From the sequence record SRR20825006_483: a stretch of 64,000 nt of DNA, one strand, 5' to 3'. The first letter of the stretch is position 1, and every line of letters begins with the position of its first letter. The notes under the pieces were generated by a model. It was not told where the DNA came from and made no database searches. It saw only the letters and a program-made list of their open reading frames with translations. The translations under genes and the position numbers were made by a program. Of the stretch, positions 1 to 9,732 are shown in pieces.

Positions 1-1195
1 CCGCTTTGAGTTGCGGGCCTGGTGTCAGCATCTCGTACAATCCGATGCGACCGTGATAGCCTCGTGAATTGCAGACGGGGCACGGTGTGATTGGTGCAGG
101 GCGTCCGTTCTCGTCGACTTGTTGTTCGATCGGTGGTGGAATGAACGGTTTGTAGAGCAACGGAACTCGACCAGCCGGGATGCCCAGTTGAGCGAGCAGC
201 TTTGGAGGCGGTTCAAACCCGACTTTGCAGTTGTCACATAAACGTCGAACCAGTCGCTGATGAATCACACAGCCGATGTTGTTTGCAATCAGGCTGCGAC
301 ATTCCGGGTAACGGCCCAGGAACGTGAGCAAGGCGGGCATGGCACTTTCGGCCGCCATCCGGTGGATGACTTGTCGGTCGGCCGCGACGACTTGTTCCAA
401 CGCAACCTTCAGTGATTCAGGCTGCGGCGGGTTGGGGAACATCAACACGTCCGGTTCGCGCAGAACCATTCGGTTGACCATCTCGAGTTCGGTTTTTCCC
501 GTGTCTCCACCGAACAAGTTGGGCGAGATGTTGATGATCTCGGGTTCGGGTGATTCCGCAGGTTCGAACGATTGGAAGTCACGGACCAATCGGTCGGCGG
601 CGCTGATGGCGACGTTCCAGAAAGTCGAAACACCTTCGCTTTTCTTGGCCGTGATGAGGACGATGTTGCCCGAACCGTTCAGTTTTTCTTTGAACTGTTC
701 GATCATTTTGTCCCGCATGCCGAGGTCGCCCAATTTCTTGAACGGCATCTCTTCGGCTTCCAGACGACAGATCACACGCTCGCCGGTGGGCACGCCTTGT
801 GATTGGACGTTGAATTGATACTTGTCTTTGACCAATTTGACTCTCATGCCGCCTTTTTGGCTGCCACGACGATCGGCCGGGTTCATCAAGCACAGTTGTT
901 TCAACGCGTACAGCATCGCATCGCCGCTTTCGCGATCCAGCGGCGGTAGCTGTTCCCATGCTCCGTCGATTTGATAGCGAATCGCACAAGCGGACTTGGA
1001 AAAGTCCATCAGAATGTGCGTGGCTCGCGAAGTGATCGCGTGCGCAATTTGGCCGCCGGCGATGGCATAACCGGCGCCTTGGCGGGTGCTGATCAGCAAC
1101 GCTTGCAATTCGTTGTTGTCTTTGATCCGAGGAACGAATTCCACGGGAGCGACGGTTTGCCAGAGTTGTACTTCTTCGTTGGATTGCTTTGCCAC
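1..1195 (-). CDS. PilB/GspE-family secretion ATPase-like protein with degenerate Walker motifs (3' end beyond window edge)
   Basis: Manually translated and not in the ORF track because it has no stop in the window. GTG start at 1195 lies directly after the pilT TAA. Contains HQRLVRRLCDNCK and CPVCNSRGYHGRIGLYEML, the tetracysteine and C-terminal motifs of PilB/GspE. Walker A position reads ITAKKSEGVST. Confidence 0.85.
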   Translation of the reverse strand, partial: MAKQSNEEVQLWQTVAPVEFVPRIKDNNELQALLISTRQGAGYAIAGGQIAHAITSRATHILMDFSKSACAIRYQIDGAWEQLPPLDRESGDAMLYALKQLCLMNPADRRGSQKGGMRVKLVKDKYQFNVQSQGVPTGERVICRLEAEEMPFKKLGDLGMRDKMIEQFKEKLNGSGNIVLITAKKSEGVSTFWNVAISAADRLVRDFQSFEPAESPEPEIINISPNLFGGDTGKTELEMVNRMVLREPDVLMFPNPPQPESLKVALEQVVAADRQVIHRMAAESAMPALLTFLGRYPECRSLIANNIGCVIHQRLVRRLCDNCKVGFEPPPKLLAQLGIPAGRVPLLYKPFIPPPIEQQVDENGRPAPITPCPVCNSRGYHGRIGLYEMLTPGPQLKA

Positions 1196-2398
1196 TTACA
1201 GAATTCCTGGTGCTTTGACGTCGATGCCCTTGAGCGCCATCTTCAGCGCGTCCTTGTTCGGTGCGACTGCGAACGCGGTCGGCCGATCAATCAATTCATC
1301 GTCGATCAATTGTTTCAAACTCATGGTGAAGTCTTGCATGCCGTCTTCGGCACCGATGCGAATCGCGTCGGGTAGTTTGTTGTCGTGGCCTTCGAGGACC
1401 AGTTTGCGAATCATCGGCGAGAACGTCATCACTTCGCAGGTTGGCACTCGCGAAACGCCAGGCTTGATGCTCTTGAGCAGTTTCTGGGCGACGATGCCTT
1501 TCATATTGAAGGCGATGGCGCTGCGGATGGCGTTGTGCATTTCTTCGGGGAACAAGTCCAAGATCCGGCCAATGCAGGTCGAGGCACTCGCGGCGTGAAT
1601 CGTTCCGAAAACCAAGTGACCTGTTTCGGCCGCGTGAATCGCCGTCATGAACGTTTCTTCGTCCCGAAGCTCACCGACCAAAATGATGTCGGGGTCTTCC
1701 CGCACGGCGTGTTTCATTCCGATGGAGAAGTCCACGACGTCCTGACCAATTTCGCGTTGGTTGATCAGCGATTTGTCTTCCGTGAAGATGAATTCGATCG
1801 GGTCTTCGAGTGTCAGAATGTGTTTTCGATAGATGCTGTTGATGTAGTTCAGCATCGAACCGATCGTAGTACTTTTTCCCGAGCCCGTGACTCCGGCGAG
1901 CAGAACCATGCCCTGTTCGTAGTGGCAGAGGTTTTCAATCGAATCGGGCAGGAAGAGGCCGCGAAAGTCGGGAATGAAGTTACTAATCCGACGAGCGACC
2001 AAACCGATGTTGCCCAGCGATTTCAGCATGTTGATCCGGAAACGCCAGCGGACGCCGTCGACTTCGCATTGGTATGAAAAGTCAGCCCCGCCTTCTTCTT
2101 CGAAGATGATCAGGTTGCGATCGTCCATCATCGGGAGCAGCAACCGCACCATTTCTTCGGCTCCGATTGGTCCCCGATTGAGCGGTTTGAGTTCACCGCC
2201 GACGCGAACCATGGGAGGCTGATCGACTTTCAGGTGAAGGTCAGAACCTTCCAGTTTGACCAGGGCCCGGAAGATCTTGTCGACTTCGAGTTCCTTCTTT
2301 TCCTGCAGCAAACTGCTTTTCAGCCGCGCTGCGACCGCATCGGGCGACATATCGCGGGGGGGGCCTGCGGGAACCTTTTTCGCTGCGCCGTGTGCCAT
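1196..2398 (-). CDS. pilT: Type IV pilus retraction ATPase PilT/PilU family
   Basis: SDLHL, Walker A GVTGSGKST, LEDPIE Asp box, INQREIG, Walker B IILVGELRD, His box AETGHLVFGTIH. Start could be 2431. Confidence 0.92.
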   Translation of the reverse strand: MAHGAAKKVPAGPPRDMSPDAVAARLKSSLLQEKKELEVDKIFRALVKLEGSDLHLKVDQPPMVRVGGELKPLNRGPIGAEEMVRLLLPMMDDRNLIIFEEEGGADFSYQCEVDGVRWRFRINMLKSLGNIGLVARRISNFIPDFRGLFLPDSIENLCHYEQGMVLLAGVTGSGKSTTIGSMLNYINSIYRKHILTLEDPIEFIFTEDKSLINQREIGQDVVDFSIGMKHAVREDPDIILVGELRDEETFMTAIHAAETGHLVFGTIHAASASTCIGRILDLFPEEMHNAIRSAIAFNMKGIVAQKLLKSIKPGVSRVPTCEVMTFSPMIRKLVLEGHDNKLPDAIRIGAEDGMQDFTMSLKQLIDDELIDRPTAFAVAPNKDALKMALKGIDVKAPGIL

Positions 2399-2658
2399 TC
2401 GTTTTATTCTCGCGTGACCGGGAATGTTCACCGGGATGGCGAAATTCCCCGTGAATCGGAGGAAGGAGGAAAAGAATCTTCAGGTTGAACCCGGGCCTTA
2501 GCTTAGTCGATCAAGGCCAATTGTCGAAAGACAAGCCAGATGTTTGTAGGATGTCATCCCATGGTTTTCCAGCGGGCCTCGGCGCATCACACCCGCGACC
2601 CCCGCTCGCCCCGTTTGACTCACCGTCCTTCTTCAGTCTTTCGCAAGGCAAGTGCTCG

Positions 2659-3930
2659 ATGCTGACCGCCAATTTGATCCGGACCAAACGGGACGGAGGG
2701 GTCCTGAATGCCGACCAATGGCGGTTCCTGATCGAGGGTTACTGTGGCGGCGAGGTCACGGATTACCAAATGTCAGCCCTCGCGATGGCGATTTTCTTCC
2801 GCGGACTGGACCGACGCGAAACGGCTGAGCTGACCCGGTGCATGGTCGACAGTGGTGTACGTCTGCCCCGGGTCAACGATCGGCCTCGAGTCGACAAACA
2901 CAGCACCGGAGGGCTGGGCGACAAAGTCTCGCTGATCTTGGCTCCGTTGCTCGCGTGTTGCGAAGTGGACGTGCCGATGATCAGCGGTCGCGGCCTTGGG
3001 CGAACCGGTGGGACGCTGGACAAACTGGAATCGATTCCGGGCTACCAAACACAGCTGTCGATTGAACAATCCAGCCGAGTTCTGAAGGAAGTGGGGTGCT
3101 TCATCGTGGGAGCCACCGAGTCGATTGCACCAGCGGACCGTCGTTTGTATGGACTGCGCGACGTCACCGCGACCGTCGAATCCGTGGGGCTGATCACGGC
3201 CAGCATTCTGAGCAAGAAGCTGGCAGCAAGCTTGGATGCCCTGGTGATGGATGTGAAGGTTGGATCGGCTGGCTTCATGCCGACGATTCAGCAAGCAACC
3301 GAATTGGCGGACTCTCTGCAAGCAGTTGGTGCCGAAGCCGGGCTGCCAACCATCCCTGTTTTGTCCGACATGGATCAGCCACTCGGACGAGCCATCGGGA
3401 ATGCGAACGAAGTCAACGAGTCACTCGATGTGCTCGACGGCGGTGGACCGGAAGAGGTGCGAGCGTTGACGCTGCGATTGTCGGCCGAGTTGCTGGTGGC
3501 AACGAAACAAGCCGATGATCTGCGAGCGGCGGAGCAATTGCTGGCCCGCAAACTCGATTCGGGCGAAGCGATGCAACGATTTGAACGCATGGTGCACGAA
3601 CAAGGCGGCAAGCTTTCCGGTCATCTGCCGCTGGGCAAACAAAGCGACACTGTGGCGGAGCGTTCCGGATGGGTCGAAACGATCGATTGCCCCGCGATCG
3701 GCGACGCGATCATTTCGATGGGCGGTGGTCGACGTAAAACATCCGATCCAGTGGAACCGTCGGTTGGAATCGATTTGCACGTTCGCGTTGGCGACCGCGT
3801 CGAGATTGGTCAACCTCTTTGGACGGTGTACGAAGGCCAAGTCACTTGTCCGCCGATCCAACCCGTTTTGTTGTCGGAAACAAGCGTTCCGGCTCGACCA
3901 TTGATCCTGCAGAGAAACACAGCCGGTTAA
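2659..3930 (+). CDS. deoA: Thymidine/pyrimidine-nucleoside phosphorylase
   Basis: DYQMSAL, DKHSTGGLGDK, SGRGLGRTGGTLDKLESIPG, SILSKKLA, DVKVG motifs. Start set at MLTANLIRTKRDG. Confidence 0.92.
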   Translation: MLTANLIRTKRDGGVLNADQWRFLIEGYCGGEVTDYQMSALAMAIFFRGLDRRETAELTRCMVDSGVRLPRVNDRPRVDKHSTGGLGDKVSLILAPLLACCEVDVPMISGRGLGRTGGTLDKLESIPGYQTQLSIEQSSRVLKEVGCFIVGATESIAPADRRLYGLRDVTATVESVGLITASILSKKLAASLDALVMDVKVGSAGFMPTIQQATELADSLQAVGAEAGLPTIPVLSDMDQPLGRAIGNANEVNESLDVLDGGGPEEVRALTLRLSAELLVATKQADDLRAAEQLLARKLDSGEAMQRFERMVHEQGGKLSGHLPLGKQSDTVAERSGWVETIDCPAIGDAIISMGGGRRKTSDPVEPSVGIDLHVRVGDRVEIGQPLWTVYEGQVTCPPIQPVLLSETSVPARPLILQRNTAG

Positions 3931-3937
3931 TGCCGTT

Positions 3938-3959
3938 GCCGCGGTTTTGGAACCGCGGC
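3938..3959. terminator. GC-rich hairpin downstream of deoA (no U-tract)
   Basis: GCCGCGGTT-TTGG-AACCGCGGC, a perfect 9-bp stem just after the stop. Confidence 0.4.
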
Positions 3960-4088
3960 GAACGTTGATCGGCTAAATTGTGAGATCCAAATTTTTGTTT
4001 GGATGTCAACATGTCACCACGATTCGAAGGCAGGTCTCTTATGGTCGCATCATCATTCTGTTGCCATCGATTTAGCTCGCGGTTGCGA

Positions 4089-5588
4089 GTGTCAAAGAAA
4101 TGCATGTTGGCTTTGTTTGCGATGACGATTTGCCTCTTTGCAAGCGAGGTGTCTGCGGTTTTCGCAAACGACAAACCAAACGTGTTAATCATCCAAACCG
4201 ATGAGCACAACTTTCGGACGTTGGGTTGTTACCGCGACACGTTGCCAATCGAGGAAGCTGAGATTTGGGGCCAAGGTGCCGTGGTCGAAACACCCAGCAT
4301 CGATTCCATCGCTGCACGCGGAGCGATTTGCACGTCGTTCTACGCGACGTCTCCCGTTTGCACGCCATCCCGAGCCGCTTTCTTCACGGGGCGATACCCA
4401 CAAAACACAGGTGCCTACCAAAACGACCGACCGCTTCGCGGTGACATGGTGACGTTCGCGGAAGTTCTGCGGCGAGACGGCTACGCAACCGGCTATGCGG
4501 GCAAGTGGCATCTGGATGGGCCTGGGAAACCTCAATGGGGACCGGAACGCCAATTCGGTTTTTCTGACAATCGATACATGTTCAACCGCGGCCACTGGAA
4601 GAAATTCGACTTTGAAAACGGACAGCCGATCGTCGCGGCGACGAACAAAAAGGGCCAGCCGAACTACGACCTGGACGGAGCGGATGAGAAGACTTTCAGT
4701 ACGGATTGGTTGTGCGATCGAGCTGCTGATTTCATTCGTGAGCATTCGCAAGAACCGTTTTGTTATCACCTGTCGCTGCCTGATCCTCACGGTCCCAACA
4801 CGGTCCGTCAGCCCTACGACACCATGTTTGAAGACATGCCGGTCCGGCCACCGATGACGTTTCAGTTGGACGGGACGAAACCAGGTTGGTTGCCGGGGAC
4901 CAATCGCAATGCGGAACAGAGATTCAATGCGAGGTTGATGACGCAATACTTTGGAATGGTTCGATGCATCGATGACAACGTTGGCATGCTGCTGGCTCTG
5001 CTCGATGAACTCAGCTTGACCGAGCGAACCGTGGTGGTGTTCACTTCGGACCATGGCGACCTGTGCTATGAACATGGCCGCCTGAACAAAGGCAATCCAT
5101 ACGAAGGCAGTGCGAAGGTCCCGATGGTCATCGCGGCACCGGGGCTGGTCCCGGCGGGATTGCGGATCGATCAAGCGATGGGCACTGTTGATTTTGCTCC
5201 CACTTTGTTGTCGTTGTTGAGGAAGGAAGTGCCCGAGGGGACTCAGGGACGCGATCTATCAGAATGGTTTCGAAACATTGAGACGTCCGACGAGGAATCT
5301 CATCGAAACAGTGTCACGTTTTTGCGGGCCGCTTCCAGTAAAGCCGCTTGGATCGCCGCAGTCACGGATCGGTACAAGTTGATTGTCTCGGCGGACGATC
5401 AACCATGGCTGTTTGATCTGAAAGAGGATCCGCACGAAACCACGAACCATATCGGCAAGCCGGAGAATCAAGCGATCGCCGCGAGGTTGGCGCGTTCGCT
5501 GCTTCGCTATGGAGATCTGATGAAAGATCCCCAACTGATCGAGGGCAAGCTACGGAGCGATTTACAAAAGTTGCAGATCCAACCCTGA
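4089..5588 (+). CDS. Secreted formylglycine-dependent (S1) sulfatase
   Basis: Signal-peptide-like N-terminus, PNVLIIQTDE, CTPSRAAFFTGRYP (CxPxR), GKWHL, FTSDHG, LFDLKEDPHE. Start uncertain (3999-4104). Confidence 0.92.
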   Translation: MSKKCMLALFAMTICLFASEVSAVFANDKPNVLIIQTDEHNFRTLGCYRDTLPIEEAEIWGQGAVVETPSIDSIAARGAICTSFYATSPVCTPSRAAFFTGRYPQNTGAYQNDRPLRGDMVTFAEVLRRDGYATGYAGKWHLDGPGKPQWGPERQFGFSDNRYMFNRGHWKKFDFENGQPIVAATNKKGQPNYDLDGADEKTFSTDWLCDRAADFIREHSQEPFCYHLSLPDPHGPNTVRQPYDTMFEDMPVRPPMTFQLDGTKPGWLPGTNRNAEQRFNARLMTQYFGMVRCIDDNVGMLLALLDELSLTERTVVVFTSDHGDLCYEHGRLNKGNPYEGSAKVPMVIAAPGLVPAGLRIDQAMGTVDFAPTLLSLLRKEVPEGTQGRDLSEWFRNIETSDEESHRNSVTFLRAASSKAAWIAAVTDRYKLIVSADDQPWLFDLKEDPHETTNHIGKPENQAIAARLARSLLRYGDLMKDPQLIEGKLRSDLQKLQIQP

Positions 5589-5811
5589 GACCGCGAGAAG
5601 CCGACGCGGCGAGGTTCTTTGACGATTCAGCTAATTCGTGTTTCTCGGGTTTCTGTCTGCAATCGCAGCAATCGTCACCCGGTTCACGCTTTCTGCAGTT
5701 GTCGGCGTGTGATGGAAGTGCTGGAAATTTGCATTCCAGCGGCTCAGACGCCATGATCATCCTCAGGGTGTAACCGCCCTCCCCCTTTTCTGCTTTTTCA
5801 AAGGCGAACGA

Positions 5812-6357
5812 ATGAAGCGAGCTTTGTTGGTCATCGATGTCCAGCGTGAATACTTCGACGGTGCGTTTCCTATTCGGCATCCCGTCGGACATCTGGAATC
5901 GATCTTGGAAGTCATGGACCAAGCCCGAGACGCAAAGGTTCCAACGGCGGTGATTCGTCACCATCAACCCGATCCGGATTCACCCGTGTTCTGCAAGAAC
6001 AGCGAGATGTGGCAGTTGCATCCCGACGTGGAGTCGCGACACAGAGATGCGTTGATTGACAAGGCTTTGCCAGGTTCGTTCACCAACACGGACCTCGACG
6101 AATTTCTGAAATCCAACGATGTTGATACGGTCAGTATCGCGGGCTACATGACACAAGTTTGTTGTGACACGACGGCTCGTCAGGCCTTTCACCGTGGGTA
6201 TCAGGTTGAATTCTTAAGCGATGCGACGGGGACGTTGGACGTATCCAACAAGGCTGGTTCAGTGACTGCGGAACAGTTGCATGAATCCATCTTGGTGGCT
6301 CAGCAGATGTTCATCAGTGATGTGATTGATCGAAACGAATGGTCGGGGCGTTTGTGA
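5812..6357 (+). CDS. Isochorismatase-like cysteine hydrolase
   Basis: ALLVIDVQ, IDK..PGSF, GYMTQVCCDTTARQA, LSDAT. Confidence 0.88.
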   Translation: MKRALLVIDVQREYFDGAFPIRHPVGHLESILEVMDQARDAKVPTAVIRHHQPDPDSPVFCKNSEMWQLHPDVESRHRDALIDKALPGSFTNTDLDEFLKSNDVDTVSIAGYMTQVCCDTTARQAFHRGYQVEFLSDATGTLDVSNKAGSVTAEQLHESILVAQQMFISDVIDRNEWSGRL

Positions 6358-6440
6358 CCGAGTGGGGAGAAGCCATCGCGTTTGCCACGGTTTGAACACC
6401 ATCGTCACGCTCAGATTTCTTTTTAGGTTGGGATGAAGTC

Positions 6441-8174
6441 ATGGGGACGAAGCTTCACATAAGGTTTGTCGATGTCATCACATTCGGTGTTGCATTGATG
6501 GTGGGTTTGGTTTTGTTAGCCGGCGTTGTCCCTCGAATGAGACAAAACGCGAGGCGGTCCACGTGCGAGATGAATCTCAAACAGGTGGGGCTCGCACTTC
6601 ACAACTACCATTCTGCTTATCGAGCGATGCCGATGGGATGCGGTGGCACATCCTCCGGAAGTGCGGATGAACCGACATTGGGCAACGCGAATCGTTTGAG
6701 TCCGCTGGTGGGTTTGACTCCATTCTTTGAACAACAACCGTTGTGGGAAAAAATTGCCAACCCATTGCGAGCCAATGGGGAGGTCTTCCCGGCGATGGGC
6801 CCGGTTCCCTGGTTTGATCCAAAGGTTTACACACCTTGGAACGAACGACCCGAAGTGTTGGTTTGTCCCGCCGATCCAACCGCAAAGGATTTTCCGACGG
6901 TCGCCAGTTACACGATCAACTATGGCGACGCGGTCATGAATGTGGGGGCATCGCCGCTAGAAGAAATGCCACCCTATGGACGAACGCCCGGTGCTTTAAG
7001 AGGCATGTTTGGCTATCAGATGGTTTTTCGGTTTCGTGACGTCCTGGATGGGTTGTCCAATACGTTGCTGATGAGTGAAGCCCGAATTGGCGGTGTCCGT
7101 GTTGCGAAAGATGTCTCCGGATTGATCGAGCGACCCGCGGTTTGTCTGGACGCTCATGAGGACGATCAGACCAAATACTGGCCTGAGGGACGCGGTGCGT
7201 GTTGGGCCGACGGATCGCTGTTGTCAGTGGGTGTTCAAACCATTCTGCCTCCCAATTCTCACTCGGCGACATCGGAGAAAGGTGAGCTGGAGGGCGTGAT
7301 GTCAGCGTCGAGTCTGCACGGTGAAGGAGCTCACGTGTTGATGGCAGACGGAGCCGTGCGATTCGCGAGCAGTTCCATTGATGTGGGCGATCAGGAATCC
7401 CCGAGTGTTGCCGAAGGACACCTGGACAAAGGCAAGACTCTTCCGCCAGGTAGTAAGAGCCCGTACGGGGTTTGGGGTGCGATGGGGACGAGAGCGGCCC
7501 GGGATCGATTCGATTCCAACGAATTGTCTGAGCCTGTGCGCACTTTCACCGAAGAAGAACTCGTTGAGTTTGCGAAGTTTGAACTGGAAACTTGGCATGC
7601 GGCAAAAGGCACCGGAAAGATCCAAGCTCGTCAGGTGGATTTGACCGACAAGGGTGTCCTTGTCTTGATGTCCGAACAAGGTGGGATTCGTCGGTTGGCG
7701 TTGTCGAGATTCAGCAGCCAGGACGCTTACCGAGCGGTTCAAACCCATCGCCAACGAAAGCTGGAGGAAGCGAAGCTTTTGGTCGAGCAATTGTCGACTC
7801 AACTTGAATTGTTAGAGGACAAACAGTTCGAAACATTTGTTCGTGAGTGGGTTGTTCTCGGCGATGGTCAACAGGGAGATGATCCTGCCGCGATTGCAAT
7901 GACGGCAGGGATGATAGGGTCACAGCGAGGTGCATTGATCACCGTATACGATCAGCTTCTTGGCGTTACCAGCACAGCTACACCGGAGGTTCTGGGGAAG
8001 CTGCCAGAGGCATTGGCAACCGGCAAGGGACTCACTCGCGGTTTCCAATGGGCGTTTTTGGCTGGTCATTGGAAGCTCGTTTTTGATGCACGGGCAAATC
8101 AACGCGGTGGTCGTCAACCGGTTCAGTTTATGCGGGCGATGGAGGCCGCCAGGGATCCTTTCGGGGCCCGTTAA
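6441..8174 (+). CDS. DUF1559 pilin-like protein with H-X9-DG motif and a probable SHD1-like domain
   Basis: N-terminal TM helix, ARRSTCEMNLKQVGLALHNYHSAY, FRDVLDGLSNT, HGEGAHVLMADG, SPYGVWGAMGTR; then ETWHAAKG..IQAR..LALSRFSSQD (SHD1-like). Confidence 0.85.
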   Translation: MGTKLHIRFVDVITFGVALMVGLVLLAGVVPRMRQNARRSTCEMNLKQVGLALHNYHSAYRAMPMGCGGTSSGSADEPTLGNANRLSPLVGLTPFFEQQPLWEKIANPLRANGEVFPAMGPVPWFDPKVYTPWNERPEVLVCPADPTAKDFPTVASYTINYGDAVMNVGASPLEEMPPYGRTPGALRGMFGYQMVFRFRDVLDGLSNTLLMSEARIGGVRVAKDVSGLIERPAVCLDAHEDDQTKYWPEGRGACWADGSLLSVGVQTILPPNSHSATSEKGELEGVMSASSLHGEGAHVLMADGAVRFASSSIDVGDQESPSVAEGHLDKGKTLPPGSKSPYGVWGAMGTRAARDRFDSNELSEPVRTFTEEELVEFAKFELETWHAAKGTGKIQARQVDLTDKGVLVLMSEQGGIRRLALSRFSSQDAYRAVQTHRQRKLEEAKLLVEQLSTQLELLEDKQFETFVREWVVLGDGQQGDDPAAIAMTAGMIGSQRGALITVYDQLLGVTSTATPEVLGKLPEALATGKGLTRGFQWAFLAGHWKLVFDARANQRGGRQPVQFMRAMEAARDPFGAR

Positions 8175-8269
8175 AAGATCCCGATTGAGTGAACCGCAAC
8201 GTCGCCGCCAAGCTTGAAACACAGTCATCCCAGTGCGGATGCAACCGCCTTTTCCTTTGGAGTTCTCCG

Positions 8270-9706
8270 ATGAAGTCAAAGCTCACTCTCACAGATCTAA
8301 TCCTCGTCGGTGTGGTGGCATCAGTTGGATTCAGTTTGTTGTTGCCGGCGGTGTTGCGTCAGCGTGCTGCTGCTCGAAACATTCAGTGTTCGAACAACCT
8401 CGCAATGTTGGGCTTGGCGATGCACAACTATCACGCTGCTTACAACCAATTGCCGCCGGGGTTGGGTGGAACCGTTGGTGGAGAAGATGACACTTGCAAC
8501 CAAGGACGGCTCAGCCCGTTGGTCACGCTCTCGCCGTTTTTGGAACAGCAGGCATTGTGGGAAAAAATCGCGAATCCCTATGTGTCACCGAAGACCGGGA
8601 AGCGATTTCCGCCAATGGGTCCAGCGCCCTGGTTTGATTCAGCGGAATACACACCATGGGCATCGGCTTTCGCAACCTTGCGTTGTCCCGACGACATGCA
8701 AACCAAACCGGAAGTGCCGGAACAAGAAACAATCGTGGTGACGACATTGGCGATGCCCGAGCTGCCGCCTGGGGCGATCGATCCAGCAACGTTCTGCAAC
8801 TACGTGTTTAGTTATGGTGACGGAACGTATTTGATGGGTGAGAAGATTGACCAGAAAAATGCCGAATCGATGCGGCGCGTGCAGGCGGGTATGCGAGGTG
8901 CGTTCAGCGGGAATCAGCGAATGAGGTTTCGTGACTTCTTGGACGGGTTGTCTAATACAATTGGAATGTCCGAAACGATCACGCCGGATGAGAATGACGC
9001 GAAGGAGTCCCATATTGCTCAAGGGATTAAAGGGTTGAGCTTGAATCCATCGCTGTGCCTCAAAACGTATGACGGCAATCATACGGATTGGTGGGACGTC
9101 CGCCGGGGATCTCGTTGGGCAGACGGAGCTTTGGCGATCAGTGGTTTCCAAACCGTCTTGCCACCCAACTCGCCGACCTGTTTATCGGATTTGGGAATGG
9201 AGGACCCGATTGCATCGGCATCCAGTCGGCACGCCGATGGTGTGCATGCTTTGATGATGGACGGCCGAACCGTGTTTGTTCGGGACAGCATCGACACGGG
9301 AGATCTTTCTCAGCCGGGTGTGTCGATTGGCAGCGAATATACCCGGCCGGGATCACGCAGTCCGTATGGAGTCTGGGGCGCGATGGGAAGTCGAGCAGCC
9401 AGGGAAGTACTGGCCAGTCCAATCACCAACAATGCTTCCATCGAAGAAGTGGTCAGAGAGCAACGCAATCCAGATCAGGCTGCCGCAGCCGAGGAAAGCT
9501 GGACGACATGGACAGATCACGATGGCGAACATCGTTTGAAAGCGAAGCTCAATCGGATCATCGATCGCGAAACGGTGGAGCTGGAAGACAGCAAAGGCAT
9601 CCTGCACCGGGTGCCTTTGAACACTTTGTCCGACCGTCACATCATCATGGCGGTGATGATGTATGAGAGGGAGTTGGAATCGAAAGCGGCGTCCAAGTCG
9701 GAGTGA
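8270..9706 (+). CDS. DUF1559 pilin-like protein with C-terminal SHD1-like domain (tandem paralogue)
   Basis: LLPAVLRQRAAARNIQCSNNL..GLAMHNYH, FRDFLDGLSNT, HADGVHALMMDG; C-terminal TWTDHDG..LKAKL..VPLNTLSDRH. Confidence 0.85.
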   Translation: MKSKLTLTDLILVGVVASVGFSLLLPAVLRQRAAARNIQCSNNLAMLGLAMHNYHAAYNQLPPGLGGTVGGEDDTCNQGRLSPLVTLSPFLEQQALWEKIANPYVSPKTGKRFPPMGPAPWFDSAEYTPWASAFATLRCPDDMQTKPEVPEQETIVVTTLAMPELPPGAIDPATFCNYVFSYGDGTYLMGEKIDQKNAESMRRVQAGMRGAFSGNQRMRFRDFLDGLSNTIGMSETITPDENDAKESHIAQGIKGLSLNPSLCLKTYDGNHTDWWDVRRGSRWADGALAISGFQTVLPPNSPTCLSDLGMEDPIASASSRHADGVHALMMDGRTVFVRDSIDTGDLSQPGVSIGSEYTRPGSRSPYGVWGAMGSRAAREVLASPITNNASIEEVVREQRNPDQAAAAEESWTTWTDHDGEHRLKAKLNRIIDRETVELEDSKGILHRVPLNTLSDRHIIMAVMMYERELESKAASKSE

Positions 9707-9732
9707 TTGGAAGCCGTGATGGTGGAAGCCGA

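Noticed and set aside
25-989. Several short ORFs in the track at the left edge
   Set aside because: All overlap the real minus-strand PilB/GspE-like frame that runs off the window
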